24,000 nucleotides of DNA from contig JAAUQI010000008.1 of assembly GCA_012032345.1 (NCBI GenBank), positions 36,291-60,290 of the forward strand, in the 5' to 3' direction. Each line of letters opens with the position of its first letter. Position 1 is the stretch's first letter. The DNA is from Leptolyngbyaceae cyanobacterium RM1_1_2 (lineage in GTDB: Bacteria > Cyanobacteriota > Cyanobacteriia > Phormidesmidales > Phormidesmidaceae). A program made the translations under genes and the position numbers. The notes under the pieces were generated by a model. It made no database searches and was not told where the DNA came from. It was given only the letters and a program-made list of their open reading frames with translations. Below, piece after piece: positions 14,735 through 23,306 of the stretch.

Positions 14735-16756
14735 TTACCAGTCAGAGCGCAGGCCCTGATGCTTGAGATGAGCCTGTAATTCAGCCATCCGGCCTTTGGC
14801 CACAATATCTGCTGCTTTCAGCTCAGGTTCAGCCGTGCTAACCAGCCAGCCAGCCGTTGCCCCTGCTGCTGCCCCTACGCTCCATTCTCCATAGTGAACC
14901 CGGGTCATGGCATTGACGATGTGGCTTACGGCGATCGCTTTCCCCCCCACTAGTAAATTGTCAACACTCTGTGGAATCAGGCTCTCTAGCGGAATTTGAA
15001 CTGGCCGCACCACAAATTCTTTGACGCTGGCCCCCGAAGCTTCTCCGGTTTCCTCTTTGTTGCGATAGCGACAGCCATGAATATCGACGTCGTAGTGAGT
15101 CAGGCCCACTGCCGTAGCGCTAAAATTGCGGCCTACAGATAAATCTTCTCGAATGTCTGACTCTAACAGCATAAACATGGGCTGTTGATAAGCTGTACGA
15201 CCTAGAATGCGACGGCCTTCACGGATATAGGGATACATGCTGAGGCCAGAATAGGTGCCCAAGGGCGAGTCTGGCCCTGCTAGGTGGGCTAGGGGCAGGC
15301 TTGGCAAAGACTGGTTCTTGATCAGCCATTCTGAAAAGAGCAGAGCGTGGTTTTCTCCTTCTCTAAGAGAATCCAGGTCAAGTCCGCCCAGCCAGTTTTG
15401 CCGCTGTTTGGACGTTTCAATTTTTTCGTCAGTCAAAATCAGCGGCGGATCCATCCAAACCCAGTCGTTGCCAAGGTTCCAGTTAATTAAAGTAATGTCG
15501 CCTGGGTTAGAAGGCCCCTTCATCGGGTCGCTGGGAGCCGTGCTGAGAATACGACGGTAGTTAAACAAGCTGCCGCGATCGAACATGGGAAAGCCTTCCA
15601 TATCAAACCAGCGCTGATGCTCTTCACGGGAGTAGCCGGGCTGTACCCGCTCCAGCATTTTTAGGCTACCGCCGCCGTCATCGAAAATAGCTAGGGCAAA
15701 CGGAAACGTATAGCCTTGAGTGCAATCGGGATTGCCCTGCTCGGGCGCATTCACCTCTTTGGTCAAAGCCCGCGAGTCCGACCCTGTCATGTGGGGAATG
15801 CCTGCCCAGCCGATCAGCTCTCCGGTATCAGTGGCATCAATAACAATCATTTCTTTGCCTGGAGGAGCCTGTAAACGAATCGGTACTTTTTCAAAGGTGT
15901 CATCAGCTGACCAGGAATACCAGCTCACCAGCTCTCGTGAGAGCAGGCCGTGAGGCACGTAGTCTAGCGCCCTGGGAATACGCTTTACCGCATAGACGGC
16001 GATTATGTTGCGCCCGGTAATGTCAAAAGCAGCTCCCTTAAAGGCGATGGAGGTTCCCCAGCGACTGCCGGGGGCTTTTGATGCGGCAGTTTGCAGCCAG
16101 CTTTGAGCTGCTGCTGCTCCAGCTTTGGGCGCAAAGCAGAGTTCGCCAACCCAGCAGCTATTGAGATCGCTGACGCGCCGAGGAGAGATTTCTGCCCAGA
16201 TCGGTAGCTCTACTACCTGCTGGGCAATCAGGTTCTTGAAAGCATTCCAGCTGGCCGAAAAGTTACGCCGCGCTCGCATAGAGCGAGACTCGTCAATAGC
16301 AGAGACGCCCTGAGAGCTAATTTGCCCCCCCAGCCAAGGCGTCAGCTCGATTAGGCAGGTACGTGCCCCTGAATTCATAGCATGGCTAGCAGCGGCGACG
16401 CCCCCTAGAGATCCCCCAACTACCACTACCTCACACTCCCAAACTTCTTGAGCTACGGGCAGCGGTGAAAGCTGAGGCCGTCCGTTGGCCCCCATCAGCT
16501 CTGAAATTTTTGAGCTAACTTGTTGTCCTTGCAGGGTTTCCTGGAGCTGAGTTCGCAGCGGCAGGGAAAACTCGGGCTGACTGCGAGCGGCAGTGAACGC
16601 CTCTAGCATAGAGAAAGCGATCGCCAGCATCAAAACAGTGGAGATAGAAAAGCGTCCCCAGCGCTTCATCTGAGTTAAGCGCTTTTGCCGCCGCAGGTGC
16701 GATCGCCTGCGGCGGGCTAATTTTCGTTGAGCTGGCGTGAGAGACCGCTGATGCAT
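14735..16756 (-). CDS. FAD-dependent oxidoreductase (large, with signal/anchor-bearing N-terminus)
   Basis: 673-aa ORF. It has the dinucleotide-binding fingerprint VVVVGGSLGGVAAASHA...LIE after a hydrophobic segment (FSISTVLMLAIAFSMLEAFTAARS). Its size and layout resemble the pfam FAD_oxidored-type family (from memory). The first 29 codons are Arg/Lys-rich, so the start may instead be the ATG at 16669 (MKRWGRFSIS...). Confidence 0.85.
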   Translation of the reverse strand: MHQRSLTPAQRKLARRRRSHLRRQKRLTQMKRWGRFSISTVLMLAIAFSMLEAFTAARSQPEFSLPLRTQLQETLQGQQVSSKISELMGANGRPQLSPLPVAQEVWECEVVVVGGSLGGVAAASHAMNSGARTCLIELTPWLGGQISSQGVSAIDESRSMRARRNFSASWNAFKNLIAQQVVELPIWAEISPRRVSDLNSCWVGELCFAPKAGAAAAQSWLQTAASKAPGSRWGTSIAFKGAAFDITGRNIIAVYAVKRIPRALDYVPHGLLSRELVSWYSWSADDTFEKVPIRLQAPPGKEMIVIDATDTGELIGWAGIPHMTGSDSRALTKEVNAPEQGNPDCTQGYTFPFALAIFDDGGGSLKMLERVQPGYSREEHQRWFDMEGFPMFDRGSLFNYRRILSTAPSDPMKGPSNPGDITLINWNLGNDWVWMDPPLILTDEKIETSKQRQNWLGGLDLDSLREGENHALLFSEWLIKNQSLPSLPLAHLAGPDSPLGTYSGLSMYPYIREGRRILGRTAYQQPMFMLLESDIREDLSVGRNFSATAVGLTHYDVDIHGCRYRNKEETGEASGASVKEFVVRPVQIPLESLIPQSVDNLLVGGKAIAVSHIVNAMTRVHYGEWSVGAAAGATAGWLVSTAEPELKAADIVAKGRMAELQAHLKHQGLRSDW

Positions 16757-16865
16757 CTAGGCTCACTAGAAAGTGACTATCGAAAGCTAGAAATGGCTAA
16801 TGTTGGGAGTTGCTCACTAGTTGTACCAAAATCTGACAATCTTGCCCATGCTTTTACAGAATTCC

Positions 16866-16898
16866 ATTAAAAAAGAGGCATCAATAGACACCTCTTTT
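16866..16898 (-). terminator. Intrinsic terminator of the ctaCDE operon
   Basis: The minus strand reads AAAAGAGG-12 nt loop-CCTCTTTTTTAATGG. This is an 8-bp perfect stem followed by six T, about 90 nt downstream of the ctaE stop. Confidence 0.6.
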
Positions 16899-16986
16899 GA
16901 TCTAAAACTCAGTGGAGCTACTTCAACTGCTCTACAAGCGAGGCCGACGCTGCTCCGGTAGCCTGTCAAAACGGACTAGAGGCAGA

Positions 16987-17610
16987 CTAGAGAATGTAGA
17001 GCAGCAAGAAGAGAATAATCCAGACCACATCCACAAAGTGCCAGTAAAGCTCTGCTGCCTCAATGCCAAAATATTCTTCTTTAGAGTAGTGGTTGGCCTG
17101 CCGCGATCGCCACAGCACCGCCAGCATCAACAAAATACCCACAAAAACGTGCAGGCCGTGAAAGCCTGTCAGCGCGTAGAAGGTGCTAGCAAAGAGATTA
17201 GTCGTCAGGCCAAATTCCAGGTGACTGTACTCATAGAGCTGACCGACCAGGAAAACAGCGCCCATCGCCGCCGTAATCCCAAACCAGCGCTGCATAGCAG
17301 CCACGTCATTTTTCTTGATAGCGCTATCGGCCTGATGAATCACAAAGCTGCTCGAAATCAGGATTAAGGTGTTTACCCCAGGCAGCAGCACCTCCAGCTC
17401 TGGCGTTCCAGCGGGGGGCCACTCAGGGGCCACGAGGCGGAAGGCCAGGTAGGCTGAGAACAAGCCTGCAAAAATCATGCTCTCAGCGACTAAAAACAAA
17501 ATCAGGCCAAAAACGCGGTGATCGGGATGTTCTTCAGGATGGGCAGCGCTTTCCTGGGCTACGCCCATCATGGCATCGGATGTGTCAACGGCTGAACCTT
17601 GCATAAGCAA
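16987..17610 (-). CDS. ctaE: Cytochrome c oxidase subunit III
   Basis: 207 aa, polytopic. The conserved C-terminal region is FYALTGFHGLHVFVGILLM...E....YWHFVDVVWI.LF..LY. Confidence 0.95.
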   Translation of the reverse strand: MLMQGSAVDTSDAMMGVAQESAAHPEEHPDHRVFGLILFLVAESMIFAGLFSAYLAFRLVAPEWPPAGTPELEVLLPGVNTLILISSSFVIHQADSAIKKNDVAAMQRWFGITAAMGAVFLVGQLYEYSHLEFGLTTNLFASTFYALTGFHGLHVFVGILLMLAVLWRSRQANHYSKEEYFGIEAAELYWHFVDVVWIILFLLLYIL

Positions 17611-17662
17611 ATCTAAAAGATGAGGGACTCAAACTGTGAGAAGACGCAGGGGCATCTGTGAA

Positions 17663-19333
17663 TCAGGCTGGGACTTCTTCGCCATAAAGCTCTGGCGGAT
17701 CGCGGTCGGGAATATAGCCTAGACCGTAATCGTAAGGCCCCGTCTTGAGTACAGGCAATTCCTCAAAGTTTTCAATCATGGGCGGCGAGGTTGTCTGCCA
17801 TTCTAACGTCAGTGCCCGCCAAGGGTTAGCCGGGGCTTCTGGCCCATAAAGCCAGCTCCAGACCGCATTGATGATGAAGGGAATGGTAGAGACAGCCAGA
17901 ATGTAAGAACCCACCGTCGCCACTACATTGAGATCGGTAAACTGGGGATCATAAAGCGCAATCCGGCGGTTCATACCGCGCATACCCAGCTCGTGCATCG
18001 GCATAAAGGTCAGGTTCATACCGACAAAAGTGAGGACAAAGTGAATCCGTCCCCAAAACTCATTCATCATTCGCCCCGTCATTTTGGGGAACCAGTGATA
18101 AACCGCCATGTAGACGCCAAAGACGGCTCCGCCAAACAGCACGTAGTGGAAGTGGGCAACGACGAAATAGGTATCATGAACGTGAATGTCGAAGGGCACT
18201 GCCGCCAGCATAACGCCGCTAATGCCGCCAATCAGGAAGGTGGCAATGAAGCCTAAAGCAAAGAGCATGGCGCTGGTATAGGCAATTTTGCCCCGCCACA
18301 GCGTCGCTACCCAGCCAAAAACCTTGACTCCAGTGGGCACTGCAATCACCATCGTGGTGATCATAAAGAACATTCGCATCCAGGGGGGTGTACCGCTGGT
18401 AAACATATGGTGCGCCCAGACAATCAGGCCCAAAAAGCTAATCGCCAGACTAGAGTAGGCGATCGCCCGGTAGCCAAAAATCGGCTTGCGAGCATGAACC
18501 GGGATCACATCAGAAATAGCCCCAAACAGCGGCAGTACAAAAATGTAAACCGCCGGGTGAGAGTAAAACCAGAACATATGCTGGTAGACAATAGGGTTAC
18601 CGCCGCCTGTCGGGTTAAAGAAATTCGTCCCCGCCAGCAGGTCAAAGGCCAGCAAAATCAGAGCACCAGCTAGCACTGGCGTACTGACCAAGATCAAAAA
18701 CGAGGTCGCTAACATAGACCAGCAAAACAGCGGCATACTGGTCAGCGGCATACTGGGTACCCGCATCCGTAAAATCGTGGTGAGAAAATTAATTGCGCCC
18801 AGAATGGAGGCCGTCCCCCCCACCAAAATGCTCATAATCCAGATGCCTTCTCCTAACTGTCCGGTGGTCAGGCTCAGGGGCGGATAAGATGTCCAGCCCG
18901 CTGAGGGCGGCTCAAAAAAGTAGCTGCTCAGCAGCAAAATACCAGAGGGCGGAATCATCCAAAAGGCGATCGCATTGAGCTTGGGAAAGGCCATGTCTCT
19001 GGCCCCAATCATTAGCGGGATCAGATAGTTAGCTAGCCCAGCCCCCGCTGGCACAATCCACAAAAACAGCATCACCGTGCCGTGCAGAGTGAGCAGGCCG
19101 TTGTAAACATCAGGGGTCACAAAGTCAGGATCGGGGGTAGCCAGCTCAGTCCGCATAGCGGTGGCAAAGGCTCCGCCAATCATGTAGAACACAAAGGCCG
19201 TCACAAGATACTGAATGCCGATGACCTTGTGGTCGGTACAAAAGGTGAAATAGTCTGTCCACTTGCGGGTTTCACCATGACCATGAGGCGGTGGTGAAGA
19301 CGCTGGCGTTGCTTTTAGTTCTGTCTGTGTCAT
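17663..19333 (-). CDS. ctaD: Cytochrome c oxidase subunit I (heme a / heme a3-CuB)
   Basis: 556 aa. It contains GGGNPIVYQHMFWFYSHPAVYI, WAHHMFTSG and HDTYFVVAHFHYVLFGG, the canonical heme-copper oxidase subunit I motifs. Confidence 0.97.
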   Translation of the reverse strand: MTQTELKATPASSPPPHGHGETRKWTDYFTFCTDHKVIGIQYLVTAFVFYMIGGAFATAMRTELATPDPDFVTPDVYNGLLTLHGTVMLFLWIVPAGAGLANYLIPLMIGARDMAFPKLNAIAFWMIPPSGILLLSSYFFEPPSAGWTSYPPLSLTTGQLGEGIWIMSILVGGTASILGAINFLTTILRMRVPSMPLTSMPLFCWSMLATSFLILVSTPVLAGALILLAFDLLAGTNFFNPTGGGNPIVYQHMFWFYSHPAVYIFVLPLFGAISDVIPVHARKPIFGYRAIAYSSLAISFLGLIVWAHHMFTSGTPPWMRMFFMITTMVIAVPTGVKVFGWVATLWRGKIAYTSAMLFALGFIATFLIGGISGVMLAAVPFDIHVHDTYFVVAHFHYVLFGGAVFGVYMAVYHWFPKMTGRMMNEFWGRIHFVLTFVGMNLTFMPMHELGMRGMNRRIALYDPQFTDLNVVATVGSYILAVSTIPFIINAVWSWLYGPEAPANPWRALTLEWQTTSPPMIENFEELPVLKTGPYDYGLGYIPDRDPPELYGEEVPA

Positions 19334-19392
19334 AGACGTTTTGAGGGGGTATTAATCTTGCTTTATCTGATTTACCTGATCTATTTGACAGG

Positions 19393-20408
19393 CTAGCGGA
19401 TATCTGCTGAAGCCACAGCGGCCTGATGGTGGGCGTGCAGGTGCGACAAGGCAGCGGCATCTACATCAAGGTCTAGCGGCTGGGCTAAGGCGCTCAGGTA
19501 GTCAGCATCGCTGCGATCGCTATTGGGTACTAGCGCGATCGCTTCATTGCTGGTGCTTTGAGCGACTTGTGACTGTACCCAAGCACTATAGTCTTCAGCT
19601 GAGTCTACAATCAGTTGCGTTTTCATTGCGCCATGATAAGGCCCACACAGCTCAGCACAAATGACGGGATAGGTGCCGACCGGGTCGGTGTAAAGGCTAG
19701 CTCAGTCTCGCTGCCGGGGATGACATCCTGCTTGATCCTGAACTCTGGCAGCCAAAAAGCATGAAGCACGTCTTGTGCCTGCATGTTGAGCCTGACCGAG
19801 TTGTCTACAGGGACATGCAGCTCCCCTGAAACCACGCCGCTGTCAGGATAAGTAAAGACAAAGGCATACTGCACCGCCATCACGTTCACCGATACGTCCG
19901 GCGATTGCCCCTGTAGGTCAGGGCTAGAGCCGATCCCCAGATTAGAAGCTAGTTTTGCCCCCAATCTACTAGGCATGCCCAGCATCGGGAAGCTATTTTC
20001 GTCTCCGGCATAGGCAACTTCAACCGTCTGCTGAGTGCCTTCAACCATCGGTGTCAGACCGCCTAGCCGAGTGTAGACATCAAAGCTGTAAACCGAGATA
20101 CCAAAGACAACCACGGCGGGGATCGCCGTCCAGAGAATTTCTAGCGGCACGTTACCTTCAATATGCTCCCCATCGCTCTCATCTCCGTCAGTGCGGCGAA
20201 AGCGAATGGCAGCTACGACGAGCGCTCCTTCAACCACGAGAAACAACCCCACCGAAATCGTCATCATGGTGTTGAACAGACCGTCAACTAATTCTGCTTC
20301 CGCTGAGGCAGCAACAGGGAGCAGCCCATGATTTTGTCCATACCAAAGGCTAACAAGCGTGATAAAAATGCCTGCTAGCATCGTCAGAATTGAGCTTGGA
20401 ATCTTCAC
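19393..20408 (-). pseudogene. ctaC: Cytochrome c oxidase subunit II, interrupted by a frameshift (two track ORFs, 19623..20408 and 19393..19626)
   Basis: The N-terminal ORF has two TM helices and the first CuA His (DVLHAFWLPEFRIKQDVIPG) but ends in nonsense sequence. The other frame, open only from 19701 downward, reads DPVGTYPVICAELCGPYHGAMKTQLIVDSAEDYSAWV, the CuA loop CxExCGxxHxxM. The frame change lies within about 19678-19701. Confidence 0.9.
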
Positions 20409-21169
20409 AGTTGTAAACTAAAACCCCTTAAGCGTTAGGAATCCGAAAGAATATGTAAGGCCGAAGCTATCTTTGTTGCAAAATATACAAACTCGGTTGG
20501 AAACTTCTAGAGAGTTCCCCTGATGCCAGCACTGTAGAGGAAAGTCTCTAGATGAGAAACTTGCTGGCTCAAAGCAGATCGGAGCTTGGATATCAATCAC
20601 ACGTGGGCAAACAATACCTCACTTCTAGTCAATGGTGTTTTGCTTTTCTCTTACTACGTTAAAACAGCGATCCAAAATAGACAGAAATTGAAGGTATATA
20701 TTGGGCTATCTTTGCTTTTTCTTAAGAAAGCCACGTATACTTGCATATCTGATCTTGAAGCTGCTGTGAGATAAATTTTACTCTTCTTAACACTGATTAA
20801 CGCTGAAATGTTGAGCCAGGATTTAGGAACCCCTCAGTCTGCTTGGTTTGCGTTAGGGTGGCAGGGTTAGAAGCCAAGCTAAAAAGCTAAACTTTTAACC
20901 CACATATTTAGATTTTCCTCTTTAAAGTGGGAAGTAGGCAGAATTTACTCTGAGCAAAGGTAATTTCTTTACAGCCTCAATGAAGGAGCGATGTCTCATC
21001 CTTGAAATCGAAAACGTTTCTGTGGATTTACCAGCTTTTAGGGATTTTGCCTCTAGATCTAAAGTAGAACCATAGAATCCTGCTGATTCGGCTACAGTCT
21101 CAACAAGTCTCTATACGTTTTACCCAGTGTTGCTCAAGCCAGACAACTTTTTTTATACGCCCTTTTCTG

Positions 21170-22159
21170 TTGCCCCTGAACGAGGCAGGCATGACTAACT
21201 TCACGACAAACGCTGACCTTTCTACCGCTCGCTTGCTCAAAACTCGAACTTGCCCGACTCAATCGCAGGTCTGGATCCGTCGCCTGATTTGGAAAATGGC
21301 GATCGCAACCCTAGCCCTGATGGCCGTTGGCAGTGCCACTCGGGTCATGAATGCGGGGTTGGCCTGCCCAGATTGGCCGCTGTGCTACGGACAGCTCGTG
21401 CCTCACCAGCAGATGAACCTGCAGGTGTTTCTAGAATGGTTTCATCGTCTAGATGCGGCTCTGATTGGCTGCATGGCGATCGCCCTAATGGGCCTATGCC
21501 TATGGTTTCGACGTCAGCTACCGACTTGGCTACCCTGGGGTGCAGCAGTAGCTTTATTGCTAATTGTATTTCAGGGCGTTTTGGGAGGGCTGACGGTTAC
21601 TCAGCTGCTGCGATTTGACATCGTCACGGCTCACCTGGGTACGGCCCTGCTCTTTTTTATAGCGCTGCTGATTTTGGGCACGGCCCTGCTGCCCTATCAG
21701 GCCACTGGAACCGTTGGTAAACTCCCCTGGATTAGCCTGATTGCGGCTGTCTTGGTATATCTACAGAGCTTACTGGGGGGGCTGGTAGCTTCTCGCTGGG
21801 CAGCTCATCAGTGTTTTGGCTTGGATCAGCTTTGCCGCGTCATGAACAGCCATATCTTTGGCGTAGTGCCGCCAACCGTCATGACATTATCGCTAATGTG
21901 GCTAGCTTGGCGCACTCCAGCCCTCAATGGTAGGCTGCGACGGCTTGCCAATGTTGCGGGAGCGCTGGTGCTCTTACAGATATTGCTGGGAACGGCAACT
22001 TTTTGGCTACATCTACAGGTTGAGCCGCTAACGGTTTTACATCAGGTGATTGGCGCAGCCCTGCTGGGCACGCTGGTCTGTTTTACAGTTTTGGCTTGGC
22101 GAGATCGGGCGATCGCGTCTCAGCTCAACCCTTCTGAGCCTAAACCGACTGCGGTTTAG
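21170..22159 (+). CDS. ctaA: Heme A synthase (COX15/CtaA family)
   Basis: 329-aa polytopic ORF with GLACPDWPLCYG and EWFHRLDA motifs plus a second His-containing half. The track start is TTG 21170; the ATG at 21191 (MTNFTTN...) is more likely. Confidence 0.9.
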   Translation: MPLNEAGMTNFTTNADLSTARLLKTRTCPTQSQVWIRRLIWKMAIATLALMAVGSATRVMNAGLACPDWPLCYGQLVPHQQMNLQVFLEWFHRLDAALIGCMAIALMGLCLWFRRQLPTWLPWGAAVALLLIVFQGVLGGLTVTQLLRFDIVTAHLGTALLFFIALLILGTALLPYQATGTVGKLPWISLIAAVLVYLQSLLGGLVASRWAAHQCFGLDQLCRVMNSHIFGVVPPTVMTLSLMWLAWRTPALNGRLRRLANVAGALVLLQILLGTATFWLHLQVEPLTVLHQVIGAALLGTLVCFTVLAWRDRAIASQLNPSEPKPTAV

Positions 22160-22244
22160 TAGCCGCCATTTTCTAAAGCCGCGCGATCGCACCTGAAAAC
22201 ACGCCCACAGCTTTTCGCTGAATCAACTTAACAGGAATGACTTC

Positions 22245-23222
22245 ATGCAAGATTTGACCGCTTGGACTAACGCCATCCGCCACGAAACTCTGGGGCAGGT
22301 CCTGAAGAGCTACTGGCAGCTCACAAAACCTAGAATTATTCCGCTGTTGCTGATTGAGACGGCTGCCAGCATGTGGGTAGCAGCTCACGGGCAGATTGAT
22401 CCCTGGTTGCTGCTGGTAACGCTTCTGAGTGGGGCGTTGGCGGCAGCTTCAGCCCAGGTAATTAACTGCATCTACGACCAGGATATTGACTACGACATGG
22501 AGCGCACCCGCCATCGTCCCATCCCTTCAGGTCGGGTTCAGGTACGCGACGCGCTGCTGTTTGCGGTGGTTTTGGCGGTGCTTTCGTTCACCCTGCTCAC
22601 CACCTTTGCTAACCTGCTGAGTGCCTGTCTAGCACTGTCAGGCATTGTGGTTTACGTGCTGGTCTACACTCACTGGCTCAAGCGATCGTCTTCGCTCAAC
22701 ATTGTCATTGGCGGCGCAGCAGGAGCCATTCCACCTTTAGTCGGCTGGGCGGCTGTAACTGGGAGCCTGAGCTGGACAGCCTGGGTCATCTTTGCCATTG
22801 TGTTTGTGTGGACACCGCCTCATTTCTGGGGACTGGCGATGGTAATTCGAGATGACTATGCCAAGGTCGGCATTCCTATGCTGCCGGTTGTAGCGGGGAA
22901 TGAAGCCACCGCTAAGCAAATCTGGCTCTACACTCTGCTGCTGGTACCCACTACCCTGCTGCTGGTGTATCCCCTCCAGTCTGCTGGTCTGCTCTATGGT
23001 GTGTTGGCTGTCTATCTAGGCGGTCTGTTTTTGAAGAAAGCCTGGCAGCTGCGCCAGGCTCCTGAAGATTTGACCCTGGCCCGATCGCTGTTTAAGTTCT
23101 CGATCTTCTACATGATGCTGCTCTCTGTCGGCCTGATTGTGGATAGTCTACCGATTACCCATCAGCTAGTCGCTTTTGGCCGTGAGCAGATAATGGCTGT
23201 AGCAACGGCTCTGACCCTCTAG
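22245..23222 (+). CDS. ctaB: Protoheme IX farnesyltransferase (heme O synthase)
   Basis: 325 aa. It has the UbiA-family motif [23 protein letters not shown], the second motif in ...[24 protein letters not shown], and multiple TM helices. Confidence 0.95.
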   Translation: MQDLTAWTNAIRHETLGQVLKSYWQLTKPRIIPLLLIETAASMWVAAHGQIDPWLLLVTLLSGALAAASAQVINCIYDQDIDYDMERTRHRPIPSGRVQVRDALLFAVVLAVLSFTLLTTFANLLSACLALSGIVVYVLVYTHWLKRSSSLNIVIGGAAGAIPPLVGWAAVTGSLSWTAWVIFAIVFVWTPPHFWGLAMVIRDDYAKVGIPMLPVVAGNEATAKQIWLYTLLLVPTTLLLVYPLQSAGLLYGVLAVYLGGLFLKKAWQLRQAPEDLTLARSLFKFSIFYMMLLSVGLIVDSLPITHQLVAFGREQIMAVATALTL

Positions 23223-23306
23223 TTCTAGAGTCGGCTTGGGTACTCACTCATCTGGACGCAACTTCGATAGTATTAGGTTAATAGAAGTTAAGACTTGCCC
23301 CTACCT

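Noticed and set aside
17993-19297. Plus-strand ORFs 17993..18256, 18407..18673 and 19082..19297 antisense to ctaD (also 16912..17367 antisense to ctaE)
   Set aside because: These are shadow ORFs opposite highly conserved oxidase genes. Their biased Arg/His/Gln-rich composition is typical of antisense frames, and they carry no motifs.
19623-19626. ATGA stop/start overlap between the two ctaC ORFs as evidence of two translationally coupled genes
   Set aside because: The Cys/His CuA ligands (CAELCGPYH) lie upstream of that ATG in its frame, and the ATG is itself the ligand Met codon. A separately translated 77-aa product would lack the copper site, so a frameshift in one gene explains the data better.
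20418-20774. ORFs 20418..20600 (-) and 20586..20774 (+) in the ctaC-ctaA spacer
   Set aside because: They are short, one needs a TTG start, and their composition is typical of AT-rich non-coding DNA, with no recognisable motifs or ribosome-binding sites.
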